A DNA stretch of 64,000 nt from Myxococcota bacterium (GTDB taxonomy: Bacteria; Myxococcota_A; UBA9160; JAFDDA01): contig OZ245817.1 of NCBI GenBank assembly GCA_965228475.1, positions 4,896,001 through 4,960,000 on the forward strand, in the 5' to 3' direction. The position numbers and the translations under genes are program-made. The notes under the pieces are model-generated. The model saw nothing but the letters and a program-made list of their open reading frames with translations, had not been told where the DNA came from and did not search any database. Of this stretch, positions 33,721-47,101 are shown piece after piece. Each line of letters starts with the position of its first letter. Positions within the stretch are counted from its first letter, which is position 1.

Positions 33721-34314
33721 GTACGCGAAACCAAAGACGCTCGCCCTCGGATCCTCGAGGCGGCCCTCCGCGTCGTGGTCGACGAAGGCCCGGAGGCTGC
33801 GTCGCTGCGCCGGATCGCCGCCGCCGCGGATCTCCACAACAGCAGCCTCTTCCATCATTTCCCGAGCAAGCAGGCCATCCATGACGCACTGGCCCGCCAG
33901 ATCATCGACGCGGCGGCGGCACAGCTGACACCGCCGCTTTCCGTGACGCCACCGCGAATCGAGGCGCTCCTGCTGGCCCTCGGCGACCTGGCCGAGCACC
34001 TGGCCGAACGCCCGGATGCGGCGGTCTACCTGACCCACGCCCTGGTCGGCGGCTCGGGCGGACCCTTCCGCACGGCCCGGGAGCGCGCGACGCAATCCCT
34101 GCTGCGTCCCGTCTGGGAGTGGCTCCTCCGCGCGCGCGACGCCGGCGAGATCCGCTCGGTCCGCCCTCAGCCCGCAACGCTTCAGCTCCTCGGCCTCGTG
34201 CTCCTCGAGCCGGCCTTCACCGGGCCGGCCCGCGGCGGCGGCCTCCGCCCCGCCTCCCGCGCCCGCCGGCGCGAGATCGAGGCCTGGGTGCGCGCGAACC
34301 TCTCGCGCCGATAG
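33718..34314 (+). CDS. TetR-family regulator
   Basis: RILEAAL...SLRRIAAAA...SLFHHFPSK. Confidence 0.9.
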   Translation: MVRETKDARPRILEAALRVVVDEGPEAASLRRIAAAADLHNSSLFHHFPSKQAIHDALARQIIDAAAAQLTPPLSVTPPRIEALLLALGDLAEHLAERPDAAVYLTHALVGGSGGPFRTARERATQSLLRPVWEWLLRARDAGEIRSVRPQPATLQLLGLVLLEPAFTGPARGGGLRPASRARRREIEAWVRANLSRR

Positions 34315-34315
34315 C

Positions 34316-35953
34316 ATGGCGCCCATGCCCCGACCCATCTCGGCCGCCGCCCCGCTCTTCCTGGCGGCCTGTCTCCTGGCCCCGGCCGCGCCCGCGGCGG
34401 AATACGATCTCGTGCTGCGAGGTGGAGAGCTCTACCGCGGCGGCACGACGATGGCCGGCGCCGGGGACGTGGCGATTCACGGCGATCGGATCGTCGCCGT
34501 CGGCGAGGTGCCCGGAAAGGGCCAGCGCGAGATCGACGTCACGGGCCGCGTCGTCGCGCCGGGCTTCATCGACGTCCACAACCACACCGACGAGATCTAC
34601 CGCTTCGCCGGCCGCTGGCCCCTGCCGGGCGCGATCCACGAGAACCGCAACTACGTCACCCAGGGCGTGTCGACCATCGTCACCGGGAACTGCGGGAGCG
34701 GGCCCGCCACCCCCGAGGCCGTCACGCGCTGGCTCGATCGCGTCGACGATCTTCCCTACGGGACGAACGTCGCCCACCTCGTGCCGCACGGTCAGCTCCG
34801 CGTGGAGGCCATGGGCAGCGGACAGGCCGACCGCGAGAGCCCGCACCCGACGCGCGAAGAGATGGCCCGCATGAAGGAGATGGTCGACGGGGGCATGCGC
34901 GCCGGCGCCTTCGGCCTCTCGACCGGCCTGATCTACGACCCGGGCGCGCGTGCCGGCACGCTCGAGATCGTCGAGTTGGCGCGTGTGACCGCGCCCCATG
35001 GCGGCGTCTACGTCTCGCACACGCGCCACGAGGGCCCGGACCCCGTGCGCATGTTCGCTTCCTACGCCGAGGCGATCACGATCGGCGAGCAGGCGGGTGT
35101 GCCCACGCACATCTCGCACATCAAGCTCGCCGGCAAGCGTGCCCACGGCCTGACGCCCGAGGTGGTGGCGCTCGTCGAAGCGGCCCAGGCGCGCGGCCAC
35201 ACCGTGACCGCCGACCACTACCCCTACGCCGCCTCGAGCACGACGCTCGCCGTGATGGTGCCGGCCGAGCTGCGCGACGGGCTCGTCGCCCACGATCGGT
35301 TCTGCGACAGCCCGGAAGGGCGCGCCGACCTGCGCCGCGGAGCGGAGCGCTTCCTCCGGGAAGAAACGCCCGCGAAGTCCGTACAGATTTCGGTGTACCC
35401 CTGGCGCTGGAGCTGGCAGGGCAAGCGCCTCTCGGAGGTCGCGGAAGCGGAGGGCAAGGCACCGGGCGAGCTGGCCGTCGAGATCGCCTGCGGCTGGCCC
35501 GGCGCCGGCATCTACCACGGCCAGAGCGAGGAGGACGTGCGGGCCTTCGCGCGCCAGGAATGGGTCGCGACGGCTTCGGACGGCTCGGCCATGATCGACT
35601 TCCTCGGACGCTTCGTTCATCCGCGTGCCTACGGCACGTTCCCGCGCAAGCTCCGCCACTACGCGATCGATCGCCTCGACGTGACGCTGGCCTTCGCCCT
35701 GCGCAGCATGACCGAGCTCCCGGCGGAGATCTTCGGCTTCGAAGGCCGCGGCCGGCTCGAGCCGGGCGCCTTCGCGGACGTCGTGGTCTTCGACCCGAAG
35801 ACGGTCCGCGACCTCGCCACCTACGAGAACGCGGCCCAGCACAGCGAGGGGATCGAATATCTGCTGGTGAACGGCCGGTTCGCGATCGAAGAAGGCGCGC
35901 CGACCGGAGAACGCTCCGGCCGCGCCCTGCGAAACCCGCGCGCCAGGCCGTGA
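34316..35953 (+). CDS. N-acyl-D-amino-acid deacylase family amidohydrolase, secreted
   Basis: PGFIDVHNH, TGNCG, GLSTGLIY, HPRAYGTFPR; signal peptide. Confidence 0.9.
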   Translation: MAPMPRPISAAAPLFLAACLLAPAAPAAEYDLVLRGGELYRGGTTMAGAGDVAIHGDRIVAVGEVPGKGQREIDVTGRVVAPGFIDVHNHTDEIYRFAGRWPLPGAIHENRNYVTQGVSTIVTGNCGSGPATPEAVTRWLDRVDDLPYGTNVAHLVPHGQLRVEAMGSGQADRESPHPTREEMARMKEMVDGGMRAGAFGLSTGLIYDPGARAGTLEIVELARVTAPHGGVYVSHTRHEGPDPVRMFASYAEAITIGEQAGVPTHISHIKLAGKRAHGLTPEVVALVEAAQARGHTVTADHYPYAASSTTLAVMVPAELRDGLVAHDRFCDSPEGRADLRRGAERFLREETPAKSVQISVYPWRWSWQGKRLSEVAEAEGKAPGELAVEIACGWPGAGIYHGQSEEDVRAFARQEWVATASDGSAMIDFLGRFVHPRAYGTFPRKLRHYAIDRLDVTLAFALRSMTELPAEIFGFEGRGRLEPGAFADVVVFDPKTVRDLATYENAAQHSEGIEYLLVNGRFAIEEGAPTGERSGRALRNPRARP

Positions 35954-35972
35954 CCTCCGAAAGGCTCCGCTC

Positions 35973-36722
35973 TTGATTCCGCTTCGCGACGACAACCCGA
36001 CGCTTGCGACCTCGGTCGTCACCTATGCGCTGATCGCGGCGAACGTCGCGTGCTGGTTCTTCGTGCAGGGCTTCGGACTCTCGCCGAAGCTCGCCGAATC
36101 CGTCTGCACGCTCGGCGTGATCCCCGGCGAGATCCTCGGGACGATCGCGGCCGGCACCCAGGTTCCCCTCGGCAACGGGACGGCCTGCGTCATCCAGGAG
36201 GGGCCCGCCTACGCGACCCTCGTGACCTCGATGTTCATGCACGGCGGCTGGATGCACCTCATCGGGAACATGTGGTTCCTCGCCGTCTTCGGGGACAACG
36301 TCGAAGACTCGATGGGGCGCGGGCGCTTCCTCGCCTTCTACCTGCTGTGCGGCATGGCGGCGGCGCTCGCCGAGGTCTTCGTGCAGTCGGACAGCGCCCT
36401 GCCGATGGTGGGCGCCTCGGGAGCGATCGGCGGCGTGATGGGCGCCTACGCGGTGCTCTACCCGCGCGCGCGGGTCGAGATGCTCTGGATCATCATCCTC
36501 TACATCGCGCGCATCCCGGTGCCGGCGATCGTGGTGCTCGGCTACTGGTTCTTCATCCAGCTCGTGTCGGGATACGGAAGCCTCGGCGCCGCCGGCGGGG
36601 GGACGGCCTTCTGGGCCCACGCCGGAGGATTCCTGGCCGGCGTCACGCTGATCTTCCTGTTCCGGGACCCGGCCCTCGTGGAAGCGCATCGCGCGCGCCA
36701 CCGCCTGGGGTTCCGGCGCTAG
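35973..36722 (+). CDS. Rhomboid intramembrane protease
   Basis: HGGWMHLIGNM, GASGAI, AHAGGF. Confidence 0.95.
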   Translation: MIPLRDDNPTLATSVVTYALIAANVACWFFVQGFGLSPKLAESVCTLGVIPGEILGTIAAGTQVPLGNGTACVIQEGPAYATLVTSMFMHGGWMHLIGNMWFLAVFGDNVEDSMGRGRFLAFYLLCGMAAALAEVFVQSDSALPMVGASGAIGGVMGAYAVLYPRARVEMLWIIILYIARIPVPAIVVLGYWFFIQLVSGYGSLGAAGGGTAFWAHAGGFLAGVTLIFLFRDPALVEAHRARHRLGFRR

Positions 36723-36729
36723 CCGCGCG

Positions 36730-38439
36730 CTACCAGCTCCCGCCGCCGCCCCCGCCGAAGCCTCCGCCGCTGAACCCGCCTCCGCCGAAGCCGCTGCTGC
36801 CGCTTCCGCCGCTGCTCGGCTGGGAGGTCAGAGCCTGGCCGATGGTGTCGAGGCCGCGTCCGACGTCGCTCACGAAGCGGTGGGCGCGGAAGCCGTCGAG
36901 GCCGTCGTAGCCGTGGTACCACGCGGGCGGTTCGGTGTAGATCTCGGCGAAGGCGTCGGCCCAGGCGTCGGCGGTCCCGAGCACGATGGCGTAGGGGAGG
37001 AGGCTCTCGAACTGCTCGCGCGTGTCGACGCCCATGCGCGCGAGCCGGTCGCGGTCCACGCGTTCCATGAACTCGCGCAGGCCGAGGATCTCTTCGTAGG
37101 CCCGCCGCCCCTTGCGCGTGCGGCGCGGCATGGCGTTCGCGAACAGGAAGAGGACGACGCCCGTCGCGGCGATGTACGCGCCGCCCGCCGCGCCGAGCAT
37201 GGCGATGGCGAAGACGCCGATGCCGAACACGAGCCCGCCGCCGATGCGCCAGCGCGTGCGCACCGAGTCCGGCGACGCGGCGAAGTGGGCGCCCCGGCCC
37301 GAGAGGCCTTCGTAGAGCGCCTCGCGGATGGCCGGGAGCTCGCGGTAGAACTCGTTCTTCAGGTCCGAGACGAGCACGCGGTCGCGGCCGTCGAAGAGCG
37401 CCGAGAGCAGCTTCGTCTGGTAGGGCTTGAGCGCGCCTCCTCCCTCGCGCTTCACGAGTTCGTAGTCCTTGCGCTCGAAGAAGAGGAAGCGCGTGGCCTC
37501 CTGCTCGTGGATCTCGATGTGCCCGAGCACGGCGAGCTGGAGGATGGTGGCGGTGACGTCGTTCAGGTCGGCCGTCTCGTCGAGCAGGGTCCCGACCTCG
37601 GCGGGTTCGAGCCCGGCCGGCGGCTCGTAGCGCACCGGGACCGCCGCGCCCGGTGCCGGGTCGCGTCCGTTGCGGCGCCAATGGCCGTAGAGGCCGAACA
37701 GCGCGGCGAAGGGGAGCGCGAGCCAGCCCGAAAGGAACGGGGCGAGGCGCGCGAGCCAGCGGTCGGCGTCGCTCGGCTCGCGGACGTGGCCCTTCGGCAG
37801 GGCGACGACCACGGTGAGGCCCTCTCCCGGAGCGAGCCCGGCCCTCGTCCGGAAGCGCGCGCCGTCCGGTTCGCGCAGGGCTTCGCAAGCGGTGCGCGTC
37901 GATCCCATCGGCCCGGTGAAGCAGGCCACGTCGTCGACGGCGTTCGGGGCGTTTCGCAGGGCCACGTGGACGCTCGCGGCGTCGATCGGGACGCGCCAGC
38001 CGTGCCCGGTCGCGTTCCAGTAGACCTCGTCGTGGGCGTCGAAGTGGAGCATCGCGAGCCGCGCCCGGTAGTGGATCCGGTACGTGTGGCGGCCGCGCAC
38101 GGTCTTGTTCGCGTCGCCGATGCGGATGCGGCGCGCGGCGTTCGTGCGCGAGACGCGGTAGGGAACGGGCAGGCCGTTGCCGTCCCGCACTTCGAGGACG
38201 TCGAGCACGATCCCGTGGTCCGGCGCCCCGCGCCGCGAGTAGCGGACGGGGATGTCGCGGAAGATCCCGTGCCGCTCCGCGCCGCCGAAGTCGTAGGCGA
38301 TGGTCTCGGTGACGTCGAAGGAGGCGTCCTCCTCGACCACGACCCGCACGTCGAAGCGCTCGATCCGCTCCTCGGCGCGGCCGTCGGCCGCCGGCAGGAG
38401 CACCGCGGCGGCGGCCAGGAGCGCGGCGAAGGCCTTCAT
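36730..38439 (-). CDS. DUF2207 membrane protein
   Basis: RHGIFRDIP, YWNATG, LLPYAIVLG, Gly-rich GGGGGGSW end; paired with lemA. Confidence 0.9.
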   Translation of the reverse strand: MKAFAALLAAAAVLLPAADGRAEERIERFDVRVVVEEDASFDVTETIAYDFGGAERHGIFRDIPVRYSRRGAPDHGIVLDVLEVRDGNGLPVPYRVSRTNAARRIRIGDANKTVRGRHTYRIHYRARLAMLHFDAHDEVYWNATGHGWRVPIDAASVHVALRNAPNAVDDVACFTGPMGSTRTACEALREPDGARFRTRAGLAPGEGLTVVVALPKGHVREPSDADRWLARLAPFLSGWLALPFAALFGLYGHWRRNGRDPAPGAAVPVRYEPPAGLEPAEVGTLLDETADLNDVTATILQLAVLGHIEIHEQEATRFLFFERKDYELVKREGGGALKPYQTKLLSALFDGRDRVLVSDLKNEFYRELPAIREALYEGLSGRGAHFAASPDSVRTRWRIGGGLVFGIGVFAIAMLGAAGGAYIAATGVVLFLFANAMPRRTRKGRRAYEEILGLREFMERVDRDRLARMGVDTREQFESLLPYAIVLGTADAWADAFAEIYTEPPAWYHGYDGLDGFRAHRFVSDVGRGLDTIGQALTSQPSSGGSGSSGFGGGGFSGGGFGGGGGGSW

Positions 38440-38449
38440 CGCGCGGACG

Positions 38450-39001
38450 CTAGAAGCTCACCTGCGGAGCCGTGCGCTCGGCTTCGTCGTCGAGCTCGAA
38501 GTAGTCCTTCTTCGTGAAGGAGAAGAAGTTGGCGACGAGGTTGCTCGGGAACGCTTCGCAGAGCGTGTTCAGATCGCGGACGACGGCGTTGTAGTAGCGG
38601 CGCGCGTTCTGGATGGCTTCCTCGATCCGGTTCAGGTCGGCCTGGAGTCCGAGGAAGTTCTCGTTCGCCTTGAGGTCCGGGTAGGCCTCGGCCACCGCGA
38701 AGAGCCCCTTCAGCGCGCGGGTGAGGCCGGTCTCGGCGCTCGCCTTGTCCGTTGCGCTCTCCGCACCCATGGCGCGCGAGCGCATCTCGGTCACCTCGCG
38801 CAGCGTCTCCTGCTCGTGTCCCGCGTAGCCCTTCACGGTTTCGACGAGGTTCGGGATGAGGTCCCAGCGCCGCTTGAGCTGGACGTCGATGTCGCTCCAC
38901 GCGCTCTCGGACGAGTTGCGCAGCGCGACCAGGCGGTTGTAGAGGCTCGCCGCGTAGAACGCGACCAGCACGATGCCCCCGAGAACGACCCAACCGATCA
39001 T
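38450..39001 (-). CDS. lemA: LemA family protein
   Basis: IDVQLKRRWDLIPNLV, EAYPDLKAN, ARRYYN, FPSNLVA. Confidence 0.95.
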   Translation of the reverse strand: MIGWVVLGGIVLVAFYAASLYNRLVALRNSSESAWSDIDVQLKRRWDLIPNLVETVKGYAGHEQETLREVTEMRSRAMGAESATDKASAETGLTRALKGLFAVAEAYPDLKANENFLGLQADLNRIEEAIQNARRYYNAVVRDLNTLCEAFPSNLVANFFSFTKKDYFELDDEAERTAPQVSF

Positions 39002-39013
39002 GGCGCCTCCCTT

Positions 39014-39049
39014 CCTCGAAGCGGATGTTCGCCTCGACGCGGATGTTCG
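39014..39049 (+). repeat. 18-bp tandem duplication
   Basis: CCTCGAAGCGGATGTTCG / CCTCGACGCGGATGTTCG, 17 of 18 identical, just upstream of the lemA RBS. Confidence 0.8.
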
Positions 39050-39090
39050 CGAGGGAGCCCTGCCCGCGTCAATGGGGCGCGGGCGCGCAT

Positions 39091-42687
<3,597 letters not shown>

Positions 42688-42763
42688 CGGGAAGCAAGGT
42701 AACGGACGTCCGGGAACGCCCCATCCGGCATTCTCAATCTCAACGAATCCAAACACTTGCAAT

Positions 42764-42786
42764 ACTGGTCATACCAGGTGACCAGT
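42764..42786. promoter_or_regulatory. FadR-type operator
   Basis: ACTGGTCA-N7-TGACCAGT with an inner TGGT-N3-ACCA, just before the GntR gene. Confidence 0.65.
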
Positions 42787-42801
42787 GCTAGGGTCTCCGC
42801 C

Positions 42802-43524
42802 ATGGCAGGCCTCCAACCCGTCCCGCGCCGTTCGCTCTCGGACCAGGTCTTCGACCAGCTCCGGGGCCAGATCCTCGCCGGGCGCTACGCGCCGGGGGAG
42901 GCCCTGCCCGGCGAGCGCGAGCTCTGCCAGACCTTCGAGGTGAACCGCGGCGCCCTGCGCGAGGCCCTGAAGCGGCTCGCGCAGGCGGGTCTCGTGCTCG
43001 TGCGCCACGGCGAGAGCACCCGCGTCGCGGACTACCTCGAGCTCGCGGGCCTCGATCTCCTCCCGGAGCTGCTGCGCGACGAAGCCGGCCAATGGGATCC
43101 CGACGTCGCCCTCGCCGTGATGGAGATGCGCTCGGCCCTCGCCCCGGACGTCGCGCGCCTGGCCGCGCTGCGCGGCGACGCCGAGCTCGCCCTCGCCCTC
43201 GACGGGATCGTCGCGCGCATGCAGCAGGCGGAGGACGACCTGCCGGGGCTCCAGCGGATCGCGCTCGAGTTCTGGTCGGAGCTCGTCCGCGCCTGCGGGA
43301 ACATCGCCTACCGGCTCGCCTTCAACTCCCTGCGCGCCGCCTACGCACGGAGCCTCGAACTCCTCACCGACGTGATGGCCGACGAGTTCCAGGACGTCGG
43401 CCGCTACGCATCGCTCGCCCGGGCCGTGAGCCTCGGCGAGTCGGAAGACGCCGAGGCCGAAGCGCGCTTCCTCGTCCGCCGCGGTGAAGCGCGGGTCCGT
43501 GCCGCCCTGGAGAACCTGTCATGA
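42802..43524 (+). CDS. FadR/GntR-family regulator
   Basis: LPGERELC...VNRGALREAL wHTH plus FCD-like domain. Confidence 0.92.
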   Translation: MAGLQPVPRRSLSDQVFDQLRGQILAGRYAPGEALPGERELCQTFEVNRGALREALKRLAQAGLVLVRHGESTRVADYLELAGLDLLPELLRDEAGQWDPDVALAVMEMRSALAPDVARLAALRGDAELALALDGIVARMQQAEDDLPGLQRIALEFWSELVRACGNIAYRLAFNSLRAAYARSLELLTDVMADEFQDVGRYASLARAVSLGESEDAEAEARFLVRRGEARVRAALENLS

Positions 43525-43566
43525 ACTCGACGGAAGCTCGTTCATGAACTCGACGGAAGCTCGTTC
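43519..43566 (+). repeat. Exact 23-bp tandem duplication across the gene junction
   Basis: ATGAACTCGACGGAAGCTCGTTC at 43521 and 43544. Confidence 0.95.
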
Positions 43567-44200
43567 GCAGGGCCCCCGTACGCTCGCAGCCGCGCTGCGG
43601 GTGTTCTTCTCCCACTTGAGTCCGCGCATCCTGGCCGCGACCGTTCTCACTGCGCTCGCGGTACGCCTTGCCCTCGGCGGTTTCGGATGGATCGACCTCG
43701 CGCCCTTCGCCGTGCTGCTCGCGATCTGGCCGCTCCAGGAGTGGCTGATCCACGTCTTCATCCTGCACTACCGCCCCGTCCGCTTCGCAGGCCGCACCTG
43801 GGACTTCGCCGTTCCCCGGAAGCACCGCGAACATCACGCCGACCCCTGGCGGCTCGATCTCCTCTTCATCCCGACCCACGTCTTCTCCTACGGCTTGCCG
43901 CTGCACGCGCTCTTCTGGTTCGGCGTCATGCCGACGCCCGAGCTCGCCTGCTCCGGCCTCGCCGCCTACTTCACGCTCGCCCTCCACTACGAGTGGGTGC
44001 ACTACCTCGCCCACGTTCCCTACACGCCCCCGCTCGAGCGCTACCGGCGTCTGATCAAGCTCCACCAGCGTCACCACTTCAAGAACGAGCACTACTGGTA
44101 CGGCGTGACGATGACCTCGGCGGACTACTGGCTCGCGACCACGGCCGAACCGGAGCACGTCGAGACTTCGCCGACCGCGCGGGAGCTGCTCGCTTCCTAG
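43544..44200 (+). CDS. Sterol desaturase/fatty-acid hydroxylase family protein
   Basis: His boxes HVFILH, HREHH, HYLAH, HQRHH. Confidence 0.9.
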   Translation: MNSTEARSQGPRTLAAALRVFFSHLSPRILAATVLTALAVRLALGGFGWIDLAPFAVLLAIWPLQEWLIHVFILHYRPVRFAGRTWDFAVPRKHREHHADPWRLDLLFIPTHVFSYGLPLHALFWFGVMPTPELACSGLAAYFTLALHYEWVHYLAHVPYTPPLERYRRLIKLHQRHHFKNEHYWYGVTMTSADYWLATTAEPEHVETSPTARELLAS

Positions 44201-44386
44201 CGAGTGTGGCTGGGGTCGCTTCCCCTGCCCGAGAACGCGTCATTTCGTACCCCGAGTCCGCGCTCGGCCGGAATCCGCTCCGACCCACACGTCTCGCACC
44301 GATGTTCCGCACGACGCGTGCCCTGCGGGCAGGCTGTGTGGCGCCCTCGCGGGCATGCTGTGTTGCGCCCCTGCTGAAAGTGCTGA

Positions 44387-46300
44387 ATGCGGAAGCTGTT
44401 GCGGTGGAACCCGGGGGGCGCGCGTCCTCTTCTCTGGCTGGTCTTCGCGCCGGCGTTCGCGCTGGCCTTCATGTTGGGCGCGGTCGCGGAAGCACGCGCC
44501 GTCGAGCGGTACCAGGGCCACATCGAGTTCGGCGCCCGTCCGGGAAGCGACCGCCTCCTCGGTGAAGGCGAGCTCTTCATCCCCGTCTGGCAGAACGAGC
44601 GCTCCCTCGCCTTCTTCAACGTGATCGGCCGCCTCGACGACGAGGACTCCCGGGAGGGCAACTGGGGCCTCGGCTTCCGCCGCATCGTCGCGGACGAGGT
44701 GATCGTCGGCGGCTACGGATTCTTCGACCTGCGGCGCACGCCGAACGGCAACGCCTTCCGGCAGGGCACGATCGGTTTCGACCTGCTCACCCGCACCCTC
44801 GATCTGCGCCTGAACGTCTACCTGCCCGAGGCCACCCAGCGCGAGGTCGACGGCACCGCCAGCGCGAACGTCTTCGCCGCGGGCACGGGCTTTCGCATCA
44901 CGAGCCAGGCGGAGACGCGCGAGCGCGCGCTGCCCGGCGTCGACTTCGAGATCGGCTCGCGCGTGCCGCTCCTCCCGACCGACACGCGCGTCTACCTCGC
45001 CGGGTTCCACTTCGACGCGGACGGCTACGAACACATGACCGGCGTGCGCGGCCGGATCGAGACGCGCCTGCTCGACCTGCCGTTCCTCGGCTACGGCTCG
45101 GAGCTCGTGGTCGGGTTCGAAGGCCAGTGGGACACCGTCCGCCACGCCGACGTGCGCGGGCTGACCCGCATCCGCATCCCCTTCGGCCGCCTGCGCGGGC
45201 CGAAGACGCCGCCTCCCTCCCAGGAGCTCTCCCGTCTCGAGCGCCGCATGACGACCCGGGTGGTGCGCGACGTCGACGTCGTAGCCGGGCTGCGCGAGGC
45301 CCCGGTGGTCGAAGAGGCGGCGCGGATCTCGCTCGGCGGGAAGCTCTTCGCCGGTTTCGACGGCACGCTCGTCGCCGGCGATCCGCTGACGGCCGACGTC
45401 GCGGCCGCCGGCGCGGGCGCGCTGCTGCTCGTCGACGGCAGCGCCGGCACGCTCACGACCGCGAGCCGGATCGACCTGCAGCCCGGCCAGACCCTGGTGG
45501 GAGGCGGGAGCGTCCTGTCCATCGTGGGTGCGGCGAGCGGAAGGACCTTCTCGGTCTTCGCGCCCGGCAGCCGGCCGACGATCCTCGGGACGGCCGGGAA
45601 CCGCGAGATCTTCCGGACCGCGGACGGAACGCGGCTCGAGGGCCTCGACCTGCGCGGCGGGCGCGACGGGATCGACGTGCGCGCCTCGGACGGCGTGACG
45701 CTGCGCGATCTCACCGTCGCCGGAACCGGCCGCCGCGGCGCGATCGTCCGCACCAACTCGAGCAACGTCCTCTTCCAGGACGTCCGCTTCTCGAACACCG
45801 GGAACGAAGGGCTCCGCGTCGTGAGCTCCACCGGGGTGACCCTCGACGGCGTGAGCATCTCGGGTGCGGGGGGCTCGGCCGGGCTCCGCATCCAGAACGC
45901 GACGAACCTCGCGATCCGGAACCTCGCGATCGAGAACACCAACCAGCGGGGCCTCTGGGTGCGGAACGCGACGAACGTCTCGCTCCTCGGCGCGAGCGTC
46001 CGCAACACGAACAACGAGGGCGTCCGCCTTCAGGGAAGCAACGGCGTGACGCTCGACGGCCTGACCGTCTTCGGTGCCGGCGGCGCCGCCGGCCTGCGCA
46101 TCCACGCGACCGACGCCGTCGTCTTCCGCAACGGCTCGATCACCGGCTCGACGAACCGTGGCATCCGCTTCAGCGGCACGAGCAACGGCATCTCGGGGAG
46201 CGGGAACACCGTCACCGGCAACGGCTCCCAGGACTGCTTCAACGGCGGGACGGTGAACGCCTCGACGCTCACGATCAACGGCGGAACGCCCTGCCCCTAG
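44387..46300 (+). CDS. Inverse-autotransporter beta-barrel protein with beta-helix passenger
   Basis: Signal peptide; GNWGLGFRR, GYGFFD, LRLNVYLP, GVDFEIG, RRMTTRVVRD barrel motifs; C-terminal PbH1-like repeats. Confidence 0.8.
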   Translation: MRKLLRWNPGGARPLLWLVFAPAFALAFMLGAVAEARAVERYQGHIEFGARPGSDRLLGEGELFIPVWQNERSLAFFNVIGRLDDEDSREGNWGLGFRRIVADEVIVGGYGFFDLRRTPNGNAFRQGTIGFDLLTRTLDLRLNVYLPEATQREVDGTASANVFAAGTGFRITSQAETRERALPGVDFEIGSRVPLLPTDTRVYLAGFHFDADGYEHMTGVRGRIETRLLDLPFLGYGSELVVGFEGQWDTVRHADVRGLTRIRIPFGRLRGPKTPPPSQELSRLERRMTTRVVRDVDVVAGLREAPVVEEAARISLGGKLFAGFDGTLVAGDPLTADVAAAGAGALLLVDGSAGTLTTASRIDLQPGQTLVGGGSVLSIVGAASGRTFSVFAPGSRPTILGTAGNREIFRTADGTRLEGLDLRGGRDGIDVRASDGVTLRDLTVAGTGRRGAIVRTNSSNVLFQDVRFSNTGNEGLRVVSSTGVTLDGVSISGAGGSAGLRIQNATNLAIRNLAIENTNQRGLWVRNATNVSLLGASVRNTNNEGVRLQGSNGVTLDGLTVFGAGGAAGLRIHATDAVVFRNGSITGSTNRGIRFSGTSNGISGSGNTVTGNGSQDCFNGGTVNASTLTINGGTPCP

Positions 46301-46306
46301 GTCCGG

Positions 46307-47101
46307 CTAGACCTCGATGCCCTGGACGCCCGGCTGGTCGTAGCGGCCGTGCAGGAACGGCAGCAGCCAATCGCCCGGGACGCTTCGCAGCACCCGGCCG
46401 TTGCTCTTCGTCGTGCCTTCCTCGTACTCCATGCGCACGATCCGATGGACCGGCAGGTCCGCCACCGGGTCGAAGGGCGAATCGCGCAGGACGACCTCCC
46501 CCTCCATCTGCGCGCTGCGCGTGTGTTCGTGCTGCCATTCGAGCTGCACGAGGATCGGGTCGCCGTCGAAGTCGCGGCCCGGGTCGCAGGACGGCAGGGC
46601 CTTGAAGCAGAAGGCGTGCTCCGAGAACTTGCGCGGCCCGATGGCGTCGCCGATTCGCCCGCGCACGGCGATGTACGGGATGCCCATGCGCGTGACGCGG
46701 CCGCCGATCTCCGGGCCGTCGAGATCGAACTCGATGTCCGCGATCTTCTTCGGCTCCCCGTAGGTCTCGCGCCCGCCGATCACCGCGGCCTCGGAGGTCA
46801 TCGGCATCGTGAGCAGATAGAGGCCTTCGCTGCCCTCATACCGGGCCGTGACGCCGAAGATCGTCGAGCCGATCTCGATGGTCATCTCCGGCGAGACGTG
46901 GATCGAAACCTGCGAGAGGGTGACCTGCACCTCGGGCCGCGGGCCGGGCTCGAGCGGCTGGGGGATCACGGCCTTCACCACCGCGGGCTCCGTTTCGTAG
47001 ACGGTCCGGATCGAGCGCACGGTGCTGCGCAGGAACTCCGGGTCGTTGTCCTTGGCCTTGGCGAGCTCCTCAGCGCCCTTCACCCAGCGAACCTGACTCA
47101 T
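46307..47101 (-). CDS. Acetoacetate decarboxylase family protein
   Basis: GGRETYGEPKK, DPVADLPV. Confidence 0.88.
   Translation of the reverse strand: MSQVRWVKGAEELAKAKDNDPEFLRSTVRSIRTVYETEPAVVKAVIPQPLEPGPRPEVQVTLSQVSIHVSPEMTIEIGSTIFGVTARYEGSEGLYLLTMPMTSEAAVIGGRETYGEPKKIADIEFDLDGPEIGGRVTRMGIPYIAVRGRIGDAIGPRKFSEHAFCFKALPSCDPGRDFDGDPILVQLEWQHEHTRSAQMEGEVVLRDSPFDPVADLPVHRIVRMEYEEGTTKSNGRVLRSVPGDWLLPFLHGRYDQPGVQGIEV

Noticed and set aside
44352..44369. Sigma-54 promoter before the inverse autotransporter
   Set aside because: GG-to-GC spacing is 11 rather than the required 10.
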